From: an uncultured virus (IMG/VR IMGVR_UViG_3300025641_000004)
Lineage: Duplodnaviria > Heunggongvirae > Uroviricota > Caudoviricetes
DNA: 58,991 nucleotides
Strand: one strand, 5' to 3'
IMG/VR virus record: IMGVR_UViG_3300025641_000004
Position 1 is the stretch's first letter. Every line of letters starts with the position of its first letter. The notes under the pieces are model-generated. The model saw only the letters and a program-made list of their open reading frames with translations. It was not told the origin of the DNA and made no database searches. This document shows positions 55,940-58,991 of this stretch, in pieces. The translations under genes were made by a program, and so were the position numbers.

Positions 55940-56923
55940 ATGAGCAATCCCACAATCTTTGATGAGCAGGTAAGCAGAAAGCCTAATCATTATCCATGGA
56001 CCGAAGCCTTTATTGAAAGCATGCACAATGGCTTTTGGACTGATAAAGAATTTAGTTTTAAAAGCGATATCCATCAATTTAAAACGGTCCTAACCGAACA
56101 AGAACAAGAGATTATTATTCGTGATCTAAGCGCGATTGGTCAAATTGAAGTTGCTGTAAAAACATTTTGGGCTAAGCTTGGAGAGAACCTTCCACACCCA
56201 TCTCTACAGGATCTTGGTTATGTTATGGCCAATACTGAGGTTATTCATAACAATGCTTATGAACGTCTTATTTCTATTTTAGATATGGAGGATGTGTTTG
56301 AAGAAAATCTTAAATTAGATTTTATTCAAGGACGAGTTAATTATCTTAAGAAGTATACTCACCGGTTCTATAAAGATAGTAAAAAACAATACTTATATGC
56401 TATTACCTTATTTACTTTGTTTGTTGAGAACGTTTCGTTGTTTAGTCAATTCTACGTTATTAACTGGTTTGCTCGTTATAGAAACGTTTTAAAAGACACT
56501 GATCAACAAGTAAAATATACTCGTAACGAAGAGCGTATTCACGCAATGGTTGGCATAAAAATCATTAATACTATTCGTGAAGAACTTCCTGAGTTATTTG
56601 ATGAAGAACTTGAAGAGCGTATTGTTGCTGCAGCGCATGAAGCATTTAAAGCTGAATCTAAAATTATTGATTGGGTTGTTAATGGTATTGACGAAGAAGG
56701 TTTATCTGCTCCACTTCTAAAAGAGTTTATTAAGAATAGAATTAATGCAAGCATGGGTGATATTGGTTTTCAAAAGCCATTTGAAATTGACGAAAAATTG
56801 CTTGAATCTACTATGTGGTTTGAAGAAGAACTTCATGGTAATAATATGACTGACTTCTTCCATAGCAGACCTGTTGAATATTCTAAAAAGAGCCAATCTT
56901 TTGATGAAAGCGACTTGTTTTAA
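55940..56923 (+). CDS. nrdB: class I ribonucleotide reductase beta subunit
   Basis: FWT, EVIHNNAY, VENVSLFSQF, EERIH, DFF...PVEY. Confidence 0.93.
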   Translation: MSNPTIFDEQVSRKPNHYPWTEAFIESMHNGFWTDKEFSFKSDIHQFKTVLTEQEQEIIIRDLSAIGQIEVAVKTFWAKLGENLPHPSLQDLGYVMANTEVIHNNAYERLISILDMEDVFEENLKLDFIQGRVNYLKKYTHRFYKDSKKQYLYAITLFTLFVENVSLFSQFYVINWFARYRNVLKDTDQQVKYTRNEERIHAMVGIKIINTIREELPELFDEELEERIVAAAHEAFKAESKIIDWVVNGIDEEGLSAPLLKEFIKNRINASMGDIGFQKPFEIDEKLLESTMWFEEELHGNNMTDFFHSRPVEYSKKSQSFDESDLF

Positions 56924-56944
56924 TATGTATATATAATTTAACAA

Positions 56945-58609
56945 ATGATTGATAACGAATTAAACATTGAATGGCTAAATCGCGATTCTCGTAAATTTCT
57001 TGAAAGAGGTTACTTAATTGAAGGCGAAACACCAGAACAAAGGATGCGTGATATTTCTACTCACGCTGAAACACTTTTAGGTATTAAAGGGTTTGCTCTT
57101 AAATTTGAAGATTACTTACATAAAGGCTTTTATTCTCTTTCCAGCCCTATTTGGAGTAACTTTGGTAGAACTCGTGGTTTACCTATTAGTTGTTTTGGAT
57201 CTTATATTGAAGATACTCTTGAATCTATAACAGGCCATAAGCTTGCTGAAATTTCAATGATGACAAAACATGGCGGAGGTACATCTGCTTACTTTGGCGC
57301 ATTACGTGGACGAGGCGCAAAGATTGGCGAAGATCAAGGGACAAGCACAGGCGCTGTTCACTTCATGGAACTATATGATAAGTTGATGAATGTCGTATCA
57401 CAAGGGAATGTCCGCCGTGGATCCTTTGCAGCATATCTTCCAATTGATCATCCAGATGTTGAAGAGTTTCTTAAGATCAGAGGAGACGGCCATGAGATTC
57501 AAGATATGTCAATTGGCGTTTGTGTATCAGACGACTTTATGAAAACAATGGTCGAAGGCGACAAAGAGAAACGTCGTATCTGGGGATTGGTTATCAAGAA
57601 ACGTTTTGAAAGTGGTTATCCATATATCTTCTTTACGGATAACGTAGAAAATCAAAAGCCACAAGTTTATAAAGATAAAGATAAACACATCCATGCAAGT
57701 AACCTTTGTAATGAAATTTACTTAAGTGCTGATAAAGATGAAAGTTTTGTATGTAACCTCAGTTCATTGAACTTAGAAAAATGGGATGAGATTCAAGAGA
57801 CTGATGCTATCGAAACATTGATTTATTTCCTTGACGCAGTAATGACAGAGTTCATTGATAAAACCGAAGGAATGCCATTTATGGATTGCGCCAGAAGATT
57901 TGCTAAAAACCAACGAGCTCTTGGATTGGGTGTATTGGGATGGCATAGTTATCTTCAATCTAAAATGATTGCATTTGAAAGTCTTGAAGCTCAGTTACAC
58001 AATACTCAGGTATGGTCAACGATTCGAACAAAGGCTGATAAAGCAACTGCCGAACTTGCTGAGATATTTGGTGAACCTAAACTACTTGAAGGTTATGGTA
58101 AAAGAAACTCAACGACATTGGCGGTTGCTCCAACGACTTCTTCTAGCTTTATTCTTGGGCAAACCAGTCCAAGCATTGAACCACTTAATAGTAATTACTT
58201 TACAAAGGATTTGGCCAAGGGTAAATTCACATTTAAGAATTCACATCTAAAAGAATTACTAAGACAAAAGGGTATGGATACTCTTCAGGTTTGGAAAGAC
58301 ATCTTAGAGCACGGCGGATCTGTTCAACATATTGAAGGATTAACCGAAGAAGAAAAGGACGTATTTAAAACGTTCGGAGAAATAAGCCAAAGAGAGATTG
58401 TTCTTCAGGCAGCTCAACGCCAACAATTTATAGATCAAGGACAAAGTTTAAATATTATGATTCACCCTAAAGCGAAACCAAAGGACGTAAACGAACTAAT
58501 GATATTTGCATGGGAGAATGGGATTAAAGGTATGTACTATCAACGAAGTGCAAACCCTGCTCAGGAACTAGCTAGATCGTTGATGACATGCAAAACGTGC
58601 GAAGGATAA
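56945..58609 (+). CDS. nrdA: class I ribonucleotide reductase alpha subunit (short, no ATP cone)
   Basis: PISCF, GGGT, RRG, SNLCNEI, VCNLSS, APTTSSS, YYQR, C-terminal CKTC. Confidence 0.95.
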   Translation: MIDNELNIEWLNRDSRKFLERGYLIEGETPEQRMRDISTHAETLLGIKGFALKFEDYLHKGFYSLSSPIWSNFGRTRGLPISCFGSYIEDTLESITGHKLAEISMMTKHGGGTSAYFGALRGRGAKIGEDQGTSTGAVHFMELYDKLMNVVSQGNVRRGSFAAYLPIDHPDVEEFLKIRGDGHEIQDMSIGVCVSDDFMKTMVEGDKEKRRIWGLVIKKRFESGYPYIFFTDNVENQKPQVYKDKDKHIHASNLCNEIYLSADKDESFVCNLSSLNLEKWDEIQETDAIETLIYFLDAVMTEFIDKTEGMPFMDCARRFAKNQRALGLGVLGWHSYLQSKMIAFESLEAQLHNTQVWSTIRTKADKATAELAEIFGEPKLLEGYGKRNSTTLAVAPTTSSSFILGQTSPSIEPLNSNYFTKDLAKGKFTFKNSHLKELLRQKGMDTLQVWKDILEHGGSVQHIEGLTEEEKDVFKTFGEISQREIVLQAAQRQQFIDQGQSLNIMIHPKAKPKDVNELMIFAWENGIKGMYYQRSANPAQELARSLMTCKTCEG

Positions 58610-58610
58610 A

Positions 58611-58808
58611 ATGACAGACAAATATAGATGCATTCGGTGTAAAATTTCATATGACGTTTTTTGGGACGATCGCGCAGAGATCTATTATTCAGGAGTAGAA
58701 GATACTGACGAAGACATCAATGACTTAACTGAATGCCACGAACCTGAGCATTGCCCATTCTGCGGATCTCACCTTCATGACGATATGGTTAGTGATTTTG
58801 ATGAATAA
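58611..58808 (+). CDS. small zinc-ribbon protein
   Basis: CIRC...CPFCG. Confidence 0.7.
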   Translation: MTDKYRCIRCKISYDVFWDDRAEIYYSGVEDTDEDINDLTECHEPEHCPFCGSHLHDDMVSDFDE

Positions 58809-58870
58809 ATGCATTTTCCTCACTAGTTTTGTGGGAAAACTGATATATTATCCCAATATATTATAGTCTT

Positions 58871-58933
58871 CAAACCCTTATTCTACGGGGGTTCCAGAAC
58901 AAAATGCACATTTTGTGAATTATTTTATTTACA
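58871..58933 (+). repeat. 63-bp dispersed repeat, copy 2
   Basis: Matches 19955-20017 except the palindrome centre (CA vs TG). Confidence 0.9.
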
Positions 58934-58956
58934 AATGTGCCTTTTTATGGTATAAT
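58928..58956 (+). promoter_or_regulatory. sigma70-like early promoter
   Basis: TTTACA-N17-TATAAT. Confidence 0.8.
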
Positions 58957-58991
58957 ATAACTACAGAGAGGGACACCAACCAACCCGATCA

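Noticed and set aside
1..58991. tRNA genes or alternative genetic code
   Set aside because: No cloverleaf seen in the short intergenic gaps; core genes other than uvsW are intact under the standard code.

Overview
This 59-kb window is an AT-rich segment of a T4-like (Tevenvirinae-related) myophage genome, almost entirely encoded on the + strand. From left to right it contains: the neck/terminase/tail/head module (genes 13-23, 3); uvsY and a split uvsW; gp55/47/46; a VWA-peptidase plus CobS/MoxR AAA pair; the clamp, clamp loader and regA; a small cassette array; hsp20; DNA polymerase gp43; an expanded DNA-modification locus between gp43 and uvsX; uvsX/gp41; a block of late-expressed enzymes with T4-type capsid-targeting leaders; and nrdB/nrdA. 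The strongest candidate novel systems are: (1) a cytosine hypermodification pathway built from a gp42-like enzyme, two glycosyltransferase-like proteins, a HAD-kinase fusion, a TagD-like cytidylyltransferase and an atypical C5-methyltransferase fold, two of which carry clamp-binding-like peptides; (2) a set of putatively packaged and injected enzymes plus protease-cleavable polyproteins; (3) a uvsW helicase broken by a ~330-nt insert; (4) a ROSE-like RNA thermometer on hsp20; and (5) promoter spacing that implies widespread leaderless mRNAs. All functional calls come from motif recognition and synteny by eye. No database searches were run. I found no tRNA, rRNA or CRISPR array.
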